Shown one piece after another: positions 43,566 to 53,097 of a stretch of DNA of 64,000 bases. The notes beneath the pieces were generated by a model that was given only the letters and a program-made list of their open reading frames with translations, did no database searches and was not told the origin of the DNA. How positions within the stretch are numbered: the stretch's first letter is position 1; each line of letters opens with the position of its first letter. The stretch is from Thermodesulfovibrionales bacterium. Lineage in GTDB: Bacteria > Nitrospirota > Thermodesulfovibrionia > Thermodesulfovibrionales > SM23-35. Made by a program: the position numbers and the translations under genes. The stretch lies in assembly GCA_963715195.1 (NCBI GenBank), contig CAVQRT010000003.1, positions 96,001 to 160,000 on the forward strand. The letters are read 5' to 3'.

Positions 43566-45161
43566 CTATTTCAAGAAATATTTACGAACAAGTTCATTCC
43601 ACACAATCATACCGATCACCAGTAAAGAAATAATATAAATAAACCAATCGCCGTATCTGTTGTAAAAGGACCTTTCCGAAGTCAACGGAATTTGCCCCAC
43701 CAGGTATCCCTCGACATCGACGTCTCTTCCCGCTTCGTCCTTGACCCTGCCCACAATCCGCCCGTTCGGTTCGATAATACATGAGACACCGGTCGAAGCA
43801 GTCCTCGCAATAGCCACATGATTTTCGACAGCCCGAAGAACGCTCATCGCTGTCATTTGATAATGTGCTGCCGGAACACGTGTAAAACCTTCATTCGTCA
43901 TGTTGACCATAAAGTCAACCCCTTTTGAAGACATCTCCCGGAATTGATCAGGAAACATATATTCCCAGCAGATGAGGACCCCGAATGTTGTTCCGTTCAT
44001 GTTGAAAATGGTTAATTCATTGCCCGGTTCATGGTCCGTAATATCCGAGATAATCCATGAGGGCCACTTTAGATACTCTCGCATAGGCAGGTATTCATCA
44101 AAGGGAAGGAGGCGTATTTTATCATACCTTCCTATATTTCTCCCTTCCGGTGAGAAAAGAAAGGCAGAATTCGCAACTCTTTTTTTCTTTCTCTTATCCC
44201 TGCTGAACTTATCAAAGCCGCTCGACCCGATTAGAAGGAAATTGCCTGTTTGTTGCGCCAATTCAGAAAGCATTTTGAATCGTTGCCAGTCGTAGGGAAT
44301 CCTTCCGGGCACCGACGAAGAAGGCCACAAGATAAGGTCGGGTTTCGACTCCGCCGCACGCAGCGTTTGATCGGAGTATTTCTGAAAAATCCCCTCCCTG
44401 TACGTAGCATCAAACTTATATTTATCAGTCCAGTACCGGTCGTCCCAGTAAACGTTCCCCTGTACCAGAGCACCTTTCAGAGAAGGAAAACGTTTAGCGT
44501 CCCGCCAAGACAAAGACCCGGAGAAGACAGATAATGCGAATACGGCCAAAACAGCAGCAGCAAGCAGGAATAAGGATCTTCTCAAACTTATTGTCCCAAG
44601 TATTCCCTGAGGAATACTCAAACGAGAAGAAAGAATCGATTCGGTAATTTCTGCGATAACAGTATTCACCGCAACGATCAGAAACGAAACACCGTAAACC
44701 CCCGTGAAAGCGGCAACCTGGATAACAGGAATGACAGAATACTGCGAATATCCCAAAATCCCCCAGGGCCATGATAAAAAACCCACGTGGCTTCGTAAAA
44801 ACTCAAGAGCAACCCATACTGATGGAAAAGTAAGGACATTCCACTTTGGATACTTGTTGTGAAAATAGTGCGCTAAATATCCGAACAAGCCAAAGTATAA
44901 TGCAACACCCACTAATGTAATGCTGAAATGGAGCAGATTGAAAGACTCTATTTTCAGCACCCACCACTGGAGACCGAAATTGAACACGAGACTTGCAGCC
45001 ATTGATGACAGGCATGCCCCGAGAGGGCCTGCTTGCCTGATAACAATAAGAAGGGGCACAAGGGCTATCCAGGCTAAATAGTGCATCTCGAAACCCGGGA
45101 AGATCAATATGAGAAAAGTTGCAGAGAGGAATACTGAACTTATAATGAAAAGGACTCTCAC
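43566..45161 (-). CDS. lnt: Apolipoprotein N-acyltransferase-like protein with altered active site
   Basis: AWIALVPL, WVALEFLRS, PWGILGYSQ, GVYGVSF, LVQGNV, YDKIRLLPFDEY, LICWE, RAVENH, TGVSCII; WPSS where Lnt has WPES. Confidence 0.85.
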   Translation of the reverse strand: MRVLFIISSVFLSATFLILIFPGFEMHYLAWIALVPLLIVIRQAGPLGACLSSMAASLVFNFGLQWWVLKIESFNLLHFSITLVGVALYFGLFGYLAHYFHNKYPKWNVLTFPSVWVALEFLRSHVGFLSWPWGILGYSQYSVIPVIQVAAFTGVYGVSFLIVAVNTVIAEITESILSSRLSIPQGILGTISLRRSLFLLAAAVLAVFALSVFSGSLSWRDAKRFPSLKGALVQGNVYWDDRYWTDKYKFDATYREGIFQKYSDQTLRAAESKPDLILWPSSSVPGRIPYDWQRFKMLSELAQQTGNFLLIGSSGFDKFSRDKRKKKRVANSAFLFSPEGRNIGRYDKIRLLPFDEYLPMREYLKWPSWIISDITDHEPGNELTIFNMNGTTFGVLICWEYMFPDQFREMSSKGVDFMVNMTNEGFTRVPAAHYQMTAMSVLRAVENHVAIARTASTGVSCIIEPNGRIVGRVKDEAGRDVDVEGYLVGQIPLTSERSFYNRYGDWFIYIISLLVIGMIVWNELVRKYFLK

Positions 45162-45192
45162 GATATGATCATACTTTATTAATCTGTATCAT

Positions 45193-45222
45193 GTAAAATG
45201 CCCCGTAAACGGGGCATTTTAC
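45193..45222. terminator. Perfect hairpin, probable bidirectional terminator
   Basis: gtaaaatgccccg-taaa-cggggcattttac. Confidence 0.75.
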
Positions 45223-45258
45223 CATAACCATATTCGGATTTAGTCAGACCGAATGTAT

Positions 45259-45749
45259 CTATTTCACAGCAAGCTCAACATCAAATACAGCGTAAAAGGC
45301 AGGAGGGAAGTGACAACATCTACCTGAGCAAATTGCTTTGCAGATTTCAAGGAAACTGTCAGATCGGTATCACCTCCAAAAAATGCATCTATAACCTGTG
45401 GTGCCATTGCTTCAGTAATTTCCGCCTGGTTCAACGCAATATCGTTAATAAGAACTCCTTCTGCCGTGCCATAGAGAAGTACTGGGTCACCGCTTCCCTT
45501 CTGTAATCTCAACACGATCTTTGCATCAGCAATGCTATTAAGAGGATTACCTCCAGGTATCTCGACGTTGTAATATTCTATACAGATAACCCCGTTCAGT
45601 TTTGTCCCGGCTGCATCGGACTGATATGCCATCCCGTGTGGGGGATCACCAGTGTCTGCCTGCTGAGGTGCCCCTGAGCCTCCATATGCCAGTGAGCACG
45701 TAAAGGCTATTACCAAAAGGACCATTCCTATGTTCTTTAGCTGTTTCAT
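45259..45749 (-). CDS. Secreted hypothetical protein (paralog of 17600-18106); likely frameshift near the 3' end
   Basis: Signal MKQLKNIGMVLLVIAFTCSLAYG; AAGTKLNG, LRLQKGS; an alternative frame ends AVFDVELAVK*, like the paralog's TVDIILAIVE*. Confidence 0.72.
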
Positions 45750-45889
45750 TTCCTTACTCCTTTCTTCTTGTATTTTTCCTCGATTGAGGGAAGATCTTCT
45801 CTCCCTCAATCACTGTCTCTAAATTCTTTACATGAATGATCCTGTAACCACCTCCTCTTTGCTGTATTCATACCCCATCTCTTTCTCTG

Positions 45890-46768
45890 CTACTGCAGCG
45901 TCACATCTGCCCGGTCAGCCGATGTATAACCCGTCCCGATATACCATGTGACCTTTCCGCCCTTGTTTGTGTATTTGATTGATTGATCAAGGATGACCCC
46001 TGTGCCGCTCTTGTAGTGATAGCCTCCGAACCGGCTGTTATAAGACGAGGTCAGCTGCATCAAATGCCCCGCCTCGTGTGCTATCGTGTGATTGATGTAT
46101 TTGGCATAAAGTTCAGGACGCTCAACTCCTGTGCTGTCCTGACACTGGCTTGCGCCAGTACACACGTCGTCAATGAAATTTATGATCCGCTGCGTGTAAA
46201 TGGTTGAGTAGTCCAAACCGTTCGGTGTCCCATAGTTGGCAAAGCCAAGGACATCCAAATTCGAAACATCCAGACTCTCCGTAATCATGATCGCCTTCTG
46301 CTGCGATGCCGATGTGACTCTCCTGTCAGCATCTGCTTGACCCGGATCAAGTTGGTGAGCAGCAATTCCAAGACCCCCGTCTGCCGCGGTCTTGGTGATG
46401 TATGCCAGGGGATCTGCGGTCATGTTGCTTGGCGCCTCTGGAACAAAAACCACAAACAGGTCCTTCGAATCTGGATCCATACGGTCTGGTCTATTCAATC
46501 CACTATTGGCCCCAGGGAAATGACTCATGTCAGAAAATCCCTCACACTCCAGTTGGTCCGAAAACCCGTCTCCATCAGCATCCTCTAACGGACTAGGACC
46601 TGCAGTGCAGTCCACCAGTGCGTAGGCAGGCACGCTGGAAAGACACAAAGCCAAAGCAAGGACGAGTATAATCATCAGCCAGGAATACTTCCATAAACTG
46701 AAAAAATTTCTCATACCTAAGCTATAGACAACTCGCTTTTCTGTTCTGTAACCATTCTTCTTAAACAT
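45890..46768 (-). CDS. Secreted HExxH (zincin-like) protein with a DxDGDG Ca-binding motif
   Basis: Signal ending PAYA; DADGDGFSDQLE; DPDSKDLFV; YINHTIAHEAGH. Confidence 0.8.
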   Translation of the reverse strand: MFKKNGYRTEKRVVYSLGMRNFFSLWKYSWLMIILVLALALCLSSVPAYALVDCTAGPSPLEDADGDGFSDQLECEGFSDMSHFPGANSGLNRPDRMDPDSKDLFVVFVPEAPSNMTADPLAYITKTAADGGLGIAAHQLDPGQADADRRVTSASQQKAIMITESLDVSNLDVLGFANYGTPNGLDYSTIYTQRIINFIDDVCTGASQCQDSTGVERPELYAKYINHTIAHEAGHLMQLTSSYNSRFGGYHYKSGTGVILDQSIKYTNKGGKVTWYIGTGYTSADRADVTLQ

Positions 46769-46842
46769 TTTTCCTCTCCTTATCTATATGATTACTGTTC
46801 AATCAAGTCTCTCCTTGGAATTTCTCCATTCTTCCTTTTTCC

Positions 46843-48916
46843 TTATTTCTTATGAATTACGATCGACCCACCGCCGAGAGCAGTAGTGGGTTCAGCCGAT
46901 TCATCAGCGCCGATCATATTGTCGTAAACGATCGTGTCAGCATTATTTTTATCCCAAATCTTGATTCTGAACTTATCAGTCCTCCGCCTCCGTTGATCTG
47001 GCCGTCAATCGCCGTAATCATAAACCCGTAGTTGCCTGAGCCATTAATCGTTCCAGTGCCTTTATACTTTGCCCTTGCGCCGGCAATCACAAGCCAATCA
47101 TAAGAAGAAGAGTGGAAAGTCAGATCCGCAACCTTGAACTGGAACTGAGTTTCGCCAGTTGGAGCGGTAGCACCTTTCTTATATTTGGATACGAATCCAA
47201 AGGTCGCTTTGCCAGTAAGACTTGGATCGGCTGCATAAGCTCCGAGAGGTGAATCGATCCAGCCCCCGCCAGTCACAAAACCACTACTGGCATCATACGT
47301 CACCACGTATTGATAAGTGGCCTCACCGCTTCCTCCCCGGTTATCCTGAACTTTCAGCTTAAGCGTATATACTCCAGGGACACTATATGTATGAGTGCCT
47401 CTGGCCACGCCAGTGCCAGCTCCCTCATTAACTATCCCCTCGCTGTCTGAACTATCTCCCCAGTCCCATGTCGCGATGTGCGTATCAGCAGTATCACCGT
47501 CGGTAAAGTTCGCGCTGACCGATACGGCTAAATTCGACGCAACCGGTTCCGACGGAGCAGTGATATCACCAACTACCGGATTATTGTTTTCGGTAGGAAT
47601 TATTGTGATAATAGTTTCTGGAGAACTGATTGCCCCCACCCACAGGTACGCACATGGATCCTGCAGTGGTGTGCACATTCCGCCCACAATGTCAGGATCC
47701 GTAATATAGTTCGAGTAGGTTGCCGTAATACCATATTGACCCCCGATGAGCACCTGCGAATCGTACATTTCATCAAGATAACAGCCAGTCACCTTGTAAC
47801 ATTGTTCCGCGTCTAGGGTCATAACGTCTGTCGGTATTCCATAGGCTCGCCATACCCTGTCCTTTGGAGGTAGGATATAACGTAAACCATTCAATATATA
47901 CTCAGCTGAGAAAGTCGTATTGTAGCATTCAGGCGTAATAATATCGATTGCTAAGCCACTATCATTGCAGAACTGCGCTTCAACCAATATCTGACTTCCT
48001 TCATTTATGGGTCCCGTCGGCACCGCAATAGTCTCTGTCTTACCATCACAAGCATCTCCAAGGCCATCTCTATCCTGATCTCCTTGATCTGGATTAGGGG
48101 CAGTCGGGCAATTGTCGCAGGCATCTCCTATTCCATCTAAATCTTCGTCTTTTTGATCAGGATTGTAAATTGATACACAGTTATCAACATCATTACAGAC
48201 TCCATCGACATCCGCATCAGGACAGATTCCTGCAATTTTGGATGAAAGGACCGACCCTATTGCACTTCTCTGAGGTGTTTTCGTCAGGAGGACCAAAACC
48301 TCCGCAGGTTGCATCCCGAGAGGGGTATCCGCCGCAAACTCTATAGCAAAAGACGGCAAGGCAGAATATGGACTTTCAATACCTACAAGAGCACCCGGCG
48401 AGAAATAAAAAGTATCCATTTGCGATATCCAGTTCCATTGCACATATGCCTGAGTACCGTCATCAACATAGACTATTTCCCATGCACTATTACTGCAATA
48501 ATAGGTACCGGGTCCATTAATGCCCTTCGTGTAAGCAGTCCCTCCCGTTGGAACATAAAAAGGTGGCACTGCAGATGTATTAAAAAACCCGACCGGTTCG
48601 TATATCCCGATAACTTGACTGCCAGGCTCAATACAATTCTAAAAGACTTTATCCCATAAGCTGAAGTATTCCACATGTCATACTGAATACGTTTAACTCG
48701 GTATAGGCGATTGTGGACAAAAAGAGAGCAATTTTCATCGAGGTATCCCGTCAAATTAGGAGAGTCACTCACATAACCAACTTCAACAGTACCTAAGTCC
48801 CCTTTGAAAGTTGTTTCCGTGCCTCTCAGCGCACTAGCAGTATTTGCCAACAGTAAAAGAGAGATCACACTACAAAAAACAAAAACGAAATTTTTCAACT
48901 TCATGCATCTGTTCAT
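46843..48916 (-). CDS. Secreted protein: TSP3 repeats + unknown domain + PKD + C-terminal domain (short paralog of the giant protein's C-terminus), frameshifted
   Basis: [29 protein letters not shown]...[21 protein letters not shown]...[15 protein letters not shown]; ends [10 protein letters not shown] at 46843. Confidence 0.78.
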
Positions 48917-49514
48917 TTTTACTCATACCTCCTTTTCGTGGTGTTATGTCAATTGATTAAAGTTTCCAACTAAGAATCGATTTTCATATTAACGCCCTCC
49001 TGACAGCCTCCCCCTTAAATTTTTTCGTACAAAAAAATATCACTTCCCGACTCTATATATTCCAGACCAACAAACTCCCCCCTATTTTTTATAAACCTGC
49101 TACTGTCAGTTCTCTCTTTTACTTTCGGGGATTAATGGTAGAAATAAGTTTATCTATAAATAATACGGAAATACCACAATATTTCAATTATCTAATAGGC
49201 TTAATTATAAATATCTTTAGTTCTAATTAATCCTAAAACTTTAGTTTTATATCGTTTCTTTAGTTCACAATAACAATTGGTTGCTGACAGAGAAAAGTCT
49301 CTTTGCCTTTTGAATGATGCTCACCGTTTTAAGATTATCGTCCGCAGAAAAAACAAATTTATAAAATATTTTGTATTTTATCATAAATAATTCATCACCG
49401 CAATGGAAATATTGCTTTTTTTCTTGGTAATATTGCTCTTTAGAAAAAAAACTTTGAAGGTGGCAGGGAACAAAATGAACTACCCACCAGCAAGCAAGCT
49501 ACGATGTGTGAAAA

Positions 49515-49669
49515 ATGTCATTCCGGCTTGTTTGCCCGCCGTCTTTTTGGAGGGGCCGGAATCTTTCCTCAAACACACACCCCTTTATCCCCTCTTGATA
49601 GAGGGGACCCCGGAAGGATTCTCGCCTCAGGCGAGTCGCCGAGGAGACACGCCAAGCGGGAATGACAGA
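49515..49669. repeat. ~155-bp palindromic element, direct repeat of 50449-50602
   Basis: atgtcattccggcttg...gccaagcgggaatgacaga, nearly identical in both copies. Confidence 0.9.
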
Positions 49670-49716
49670 CAAGCGGGGATATTTACTCCGATGAAGGGCA
49701 TCGAGGAATTCTATTC

Positions 49717-50130
49717 TTAAACCGGCCATATTTTAAATGATGTCTTGCCGTGAATACGATATGCACCAAAACCTTTCCGATCAAGAGTGCATATTTCACT
49801 GATGTCCATTTCCTCAGCAAGGGTCACGAGGGTAGCATCAGCAAAATCCATTGGAATATCTGCATACTTTTCCATGAGGGCAGATGCCCGGGATAAGCTC
49901 TCCACTGATTGAGGGATGAGAGTTGCACCACCCCTCACGATAAAGTCAATGCATGATATCTGAGCTTTCACCGAAGAACCAAGCAGATAAATGGTCTCTG
50001 TAAGTACCGGTTCAGTGGTGAAGAGATTACCCTTGAACTCTTTGAAAAATCCTATGCACCGCTCATGGTTTCTCTCGCTTTTGTCCAGCAAAGCCACAAA
50101 TACGCCGGTATCAAGCAGCACGCTACGCAC
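49717..50130 (-). CDS. PIN-domain toxin (VapC-like)
   Basis: VLLDTG, TTEPVLTE, MDFADA, TLDR. Confidence 0.88.
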   Translation of the reverse strand: MRSVLLDTGVFVALLDKSERNHERCIGFFKEFKGNLFTTEPVLTETIYLLGSSVKAQISCIDFIVRGGATLIPQSVESLSRASALMEKYADIPMDFADATLVTLAEEMDISEICTLDRKGFGAYRIHGKTSFKIWPV

Positions 50131-50380
50131 GACGTTTAAATCTTTTCAAAAGGTGCTCCCTGTGTGACTCACCGAGGTCAGGGATGCCGCTCGTAACACT
50201 TCCAAGAAGGCTCTTCACTTTTTCATAGGGACTGCTCTCTTCTTTCTCCCCGGCTTGTTTGACGAAACTTTCCAATGCCATTCGTACAATATCCGCCCGC
50301 TTCAGGTGAAGCTTTTTGGCAAGCAATAATATATCTTTTTCAAGACTATCAGGTAATCTGACCGTCAGTTGAGAGTTCAT
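50123..50380 (-). CDS. Ribbon-helix-helix antitoxin (VapB/CopG-like)
   Basis: QLTVRLPDSL...RADIVRMAL; overlaps the PIN gene start. Confidence 0.8.
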   Translation of the reverse strand: MNSQLTVRLPDSLEKDILLLAKKLHLKRADIVRMALESFVKQAGEKEESSPYEKVKSLLGSVTSGIPDLGESHREHLLKRFKRRA

Positions 50381-50448
50381 TGCATTACCTCCTCATTAAT
50401 ATACTTCATTGTAATGCATTGCAGTGCGTTAGTCAACTCTTCTTAAAT

Positions 50449-50602
50449 ATGTCATTCCGGCTTGCTTGCCCGCCGTCTTTTTGGAGGGGCCGGAATCTTT
50501 TCTCAAAGACACACCCCTTTATCCCCTCTTGATAGAGGGGACCCGGAAGGATTCTCGCTTCAGACGAGTCGCCGAGGAGACACGCCAAGCGGGAATGACA
50601 GA
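50449..50602. repeat. ~154-bp palindromic element, direct repeat of 49515-49669
   Basis: Direct sequence comparison. Confidence 0.9.
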
Positions 50603-50713
50603 ATACGCTGGTAGGAGGTCAAGTGTTTTTCTTGGAGACGGAGATCGATGATCTTTTCCCTACGGCCTTCATCCTGAAATCATATCGTATATCAATCGTA
50701 TTCATACCCCACC

Positions 50714-51574
50714 CTACTGCAAATCCAGAAGGGATACATGCATGAAAACTCCTTCAGTCGCGTGCATGAGATCGGAACAGCTCCTCGCATTTTCTATAGC
50801 GATAGAGGCATAAATGGAAAGGGAACGCAGCATCTTTAGGTCTTCCAGGGTAAATAACTTCTGTGAGCTGTAGCTCATATTGATCACGCCAAAAACCGAA
50901 CTTTTCCACCTGAGCGGGACACACAGCAGAGAGGTAATGCCCGCATGCCCTTTCTTAAAGCGCGGGTCAGAAAGGACATTGTTCACCAGTTCAGCCTTGC
51001 CGGTATTGATCACATCTCCTGCGATGCCTACACCGATAGGTAAATCCTCCTTGGGATCCCATACGGTACCGAAAGCAGCCTTGATCAGCAGGGATTTTTT
51101 ATCCTCATCAACAAGCATTATAGAGCCGTTTTCAGCAGTGATAATATTCCGGGCCTCTTCGATGACAAAATTGCAGGTTTCCTCAACATCGATGCACAAT
51201 CCCAGGCGCTTTCTCTTTACCTGCGCAAATTCCTCATCAAGCCTCCGTATTCTCGAGCTCATCGATTCGATAAGCCGCAATACCAGCGTCGGGTCGCGAT
51301 CGATTGTCTGAAAAAGTTTTTGCTTGTCAATGCCCAGTATCCTTGTATCACCGACTGCAGTGGCGGTTGCAGACCGGGGCAGCCGGTCAAAAAGAGCCAT
51401 CTCTCCAAAAATCTCCCCTTGTTCGATGATCGCAATCGGAACTTCTCCTGCGGGCGACTTTTTCGTTATGCTTACGCTGCCGGATTGGACAACATACATG
51501 CGGTCACCCTCTTCTCCCTCCTGAAATATTACGTCTCCGTCTGAATAAACCCTGCCGAGTTCACTTTCTTTCAT
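50714..51574 (-). CDS. Cyclic-nucleotide-binding domain + GAF domain protein
   Basis: IFQEGEEGDRMYVVQSG...FGEMALFDRLPRSATA; GAF GSIMLVD, GVGIAG.V..TG, SLLCVPL, FTLEDL, IAIENAR. Start set at the ATG after GGAGG. Confidence 0.87.
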   Translation of the reverse strand: MKESELGRVYSDGDVIFQEGEEGDRMYVVQSGSVSITKKSPAGEVPIAIIEQGEIFGEMALFDRLPRSATATAVGDTRILGIDKQKLFQTIDRDPTLVLRLIESMSSRIRRLDEEFAQVKRKRLGLCIDVEETCNFVIEEARNIITAENGSIMLVDEDKKSLLIKAAFGTVWDPKEDLPIGVGIAGDVINTGKAELVNNVLSDPRFKKGHAGITSLLCVPLRWKSSVFGVINMSYSSQKLFTLEDLKMLRSLSIYASIAIENARSCSDLMHATEGVFMHVSLLDLQ

Positions 51575-51786
51575 AAGACCTCCACCGCTAGGATATCTGT
51601 CTCTACATCTAAAATCATCCGTCATTGTCCGGCTTGACCGGCCAATCCAGAACCTATGAATCCCGAAAGAATCCGAAAATGGATTCCCCGATCAAGTCGG
51701 GGAATGACTGACTATTGTAACTTCAATGTATATATGGACTCAAACTATTCCCAGCTTGCGTTATTCATGCATAAAATCTGATATGG

Positions 51787-53097
51787 CTACTTTCTGAAAT
51801 ACTCACTCACCAGATCATAAACCATGGGTGCACTCAAGGACCTGAAAAAAATATTCCGGTACCGCTCATTTCCGGTAAACATGTCCCACAACATTGAACT
51901 GAGCCGTTTGGGATATGCTGGATCTGCCTGTTCTTTCCGCACAACCCTGAGCATCCCCTTCGTCAAAGCCTCATATTTCTTATGCAGATCGGTCACTGCA
52001 AAAAGAACTTTTCCATAGCGATTATCGATCATGATGTTCTTATAGACAGGATGGTAATTCTCTTCAAAATTTCTTCTGCTCACTCCATAAAGAATGGCGG
52101 TTTTTGCAGCCGCCTTCCCCATGATATACGCAGCCCCCAGCCCGTCCTTAAACAACCTTGTTGAACCGGCATCTCCACAGAGAACAACCCTGTCGGCAAA
52201 TGCAACCTCGGGAGCCCTGATATTCATCTTCGGAAGGCAACGGCATGCTATCTCGTATGCCCCCTTGCCCGGTAGAACAGACTGCACGACAGGATGATCA
52301 ATAAATGCATTAACCGTATTGTGATCGATATTCTCACCAAGAATACATACGGTCACATAGGTCCCTTTCGGAATGATTGCTGCGAACTTCATGTCCCTCA
52401 CAGGCAGGAGAAAAAGATTAACGGAGGTTCCGAAATATTCGGAGAGGACATTCTTGTCCATATAGATTTCTGAAATCGCGGCAGAAACTGTCTCAGGCTT
52501 CCGGTAACCGAATCCCATCTCTTCGAATATGGCAAAGGTCTGACTTTTTACGCCGACCGCCCCTACCACCAGATCCGGCTCCTGAATCTTTGTCTGCCCT
52601 GAAAATAACACAGGCCTGTTGTTTGCATAGGCAATGCGGTCGATCTTTTCATGATTATGAACCGCTCCTTCACGAATTGCCAGATCAAGGAGAAACCTGT
52701 CGAAGCTCTCTTTCTCGCTTCCGATAATCCCCCTTGGCCCTCCCCCGCGGTATACCGTAGCAATGGTCTTTTCTTTGGCAGGAGTTTCGATATATACATT
52801 CCCGTATTGCGTGTGAAGTTTATAGGAATTGATGCCGCGTTGAACAAGTGAATCCGGCAGGTTGATACCTTCGACAGCCAGATTCTGGACCAGCAGTTCG
52901 GAGATGATACCGCCGCATTTGTTGCAGCCGATTGGCCCGTCCCTGGTGAAATCCTTGGGTTCGTAGATCGTAACATTGACTGACTTTTCCATCATTTTTG
53001 CCATCTTGAGAGCGAAAATGCTGAAAAAGGAGCCTGTGGGCCCTCCACCAACTACGGCAATCTGGGCATCATTACGGAGTATCAATGAATCATCCAC
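51787..53097 (-). CDS. FAD-dependent oxidoreductase, geranylgeranyl-reductase-like
   Basis: VVGGGPTGS, GCNKCGG, SFDRFLL, IIPKG, LCGDAG...KDGLGAA. Confidence 0.78.
   Translation of the reverse strand: MDDSLILRNDAQIAVVGGGPTGSFFSIFALKMAKMMEKSVNVTIYEPKDFTRDGPIGCNKCGGIISELLVQNLAVEGINLPDSLVQRGINSYKLHTQYGNVYIETPAKEKTIATVYRGGGPRGIIGSEKESFDRFLLDLAIREGAVHNHEKIDRIAYANNRPVLFSGQTKIQEPDLVVGAVGVKSQTFAIFEEMGFGYRKPETVSAAISEIYMDKNVLSEYFGTSVNLFLLPVRDMKFAAIIPKGTYVTVCILGENIDHNTVNAFIDHPVVQSVLPGKGAYEIACRCLPKMNIRAPEVAFADRVVLCGDAGSTRLFKDGLGAAYIMGKAAAKTAILYGVSRRNFEENYHPVYKNIMIDNRYGKVLFAVTDLHKKYEALTKGMLRVVRKEQADPAYPKRLSSMLWDMFTGNERYRNIFFRSLSAPMVYDLVSEYFRK

Noticed and set aside
48920..49480. Riboswitch in the AT-rich region upstream of cassette copy B
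   Set aside because: Only an isolated AAAGGCAAA on the minus strand near 49310, without the rest of the GEMM pattern; insufficient support.
49403..49729. ORFs 49403..49720 and 49499..49729 (also 14634..14822, 42014..42217, 50466..50651, 62704..62928)
   Set aside because: They are translations of palindromic repeat elements with no protein-family features.
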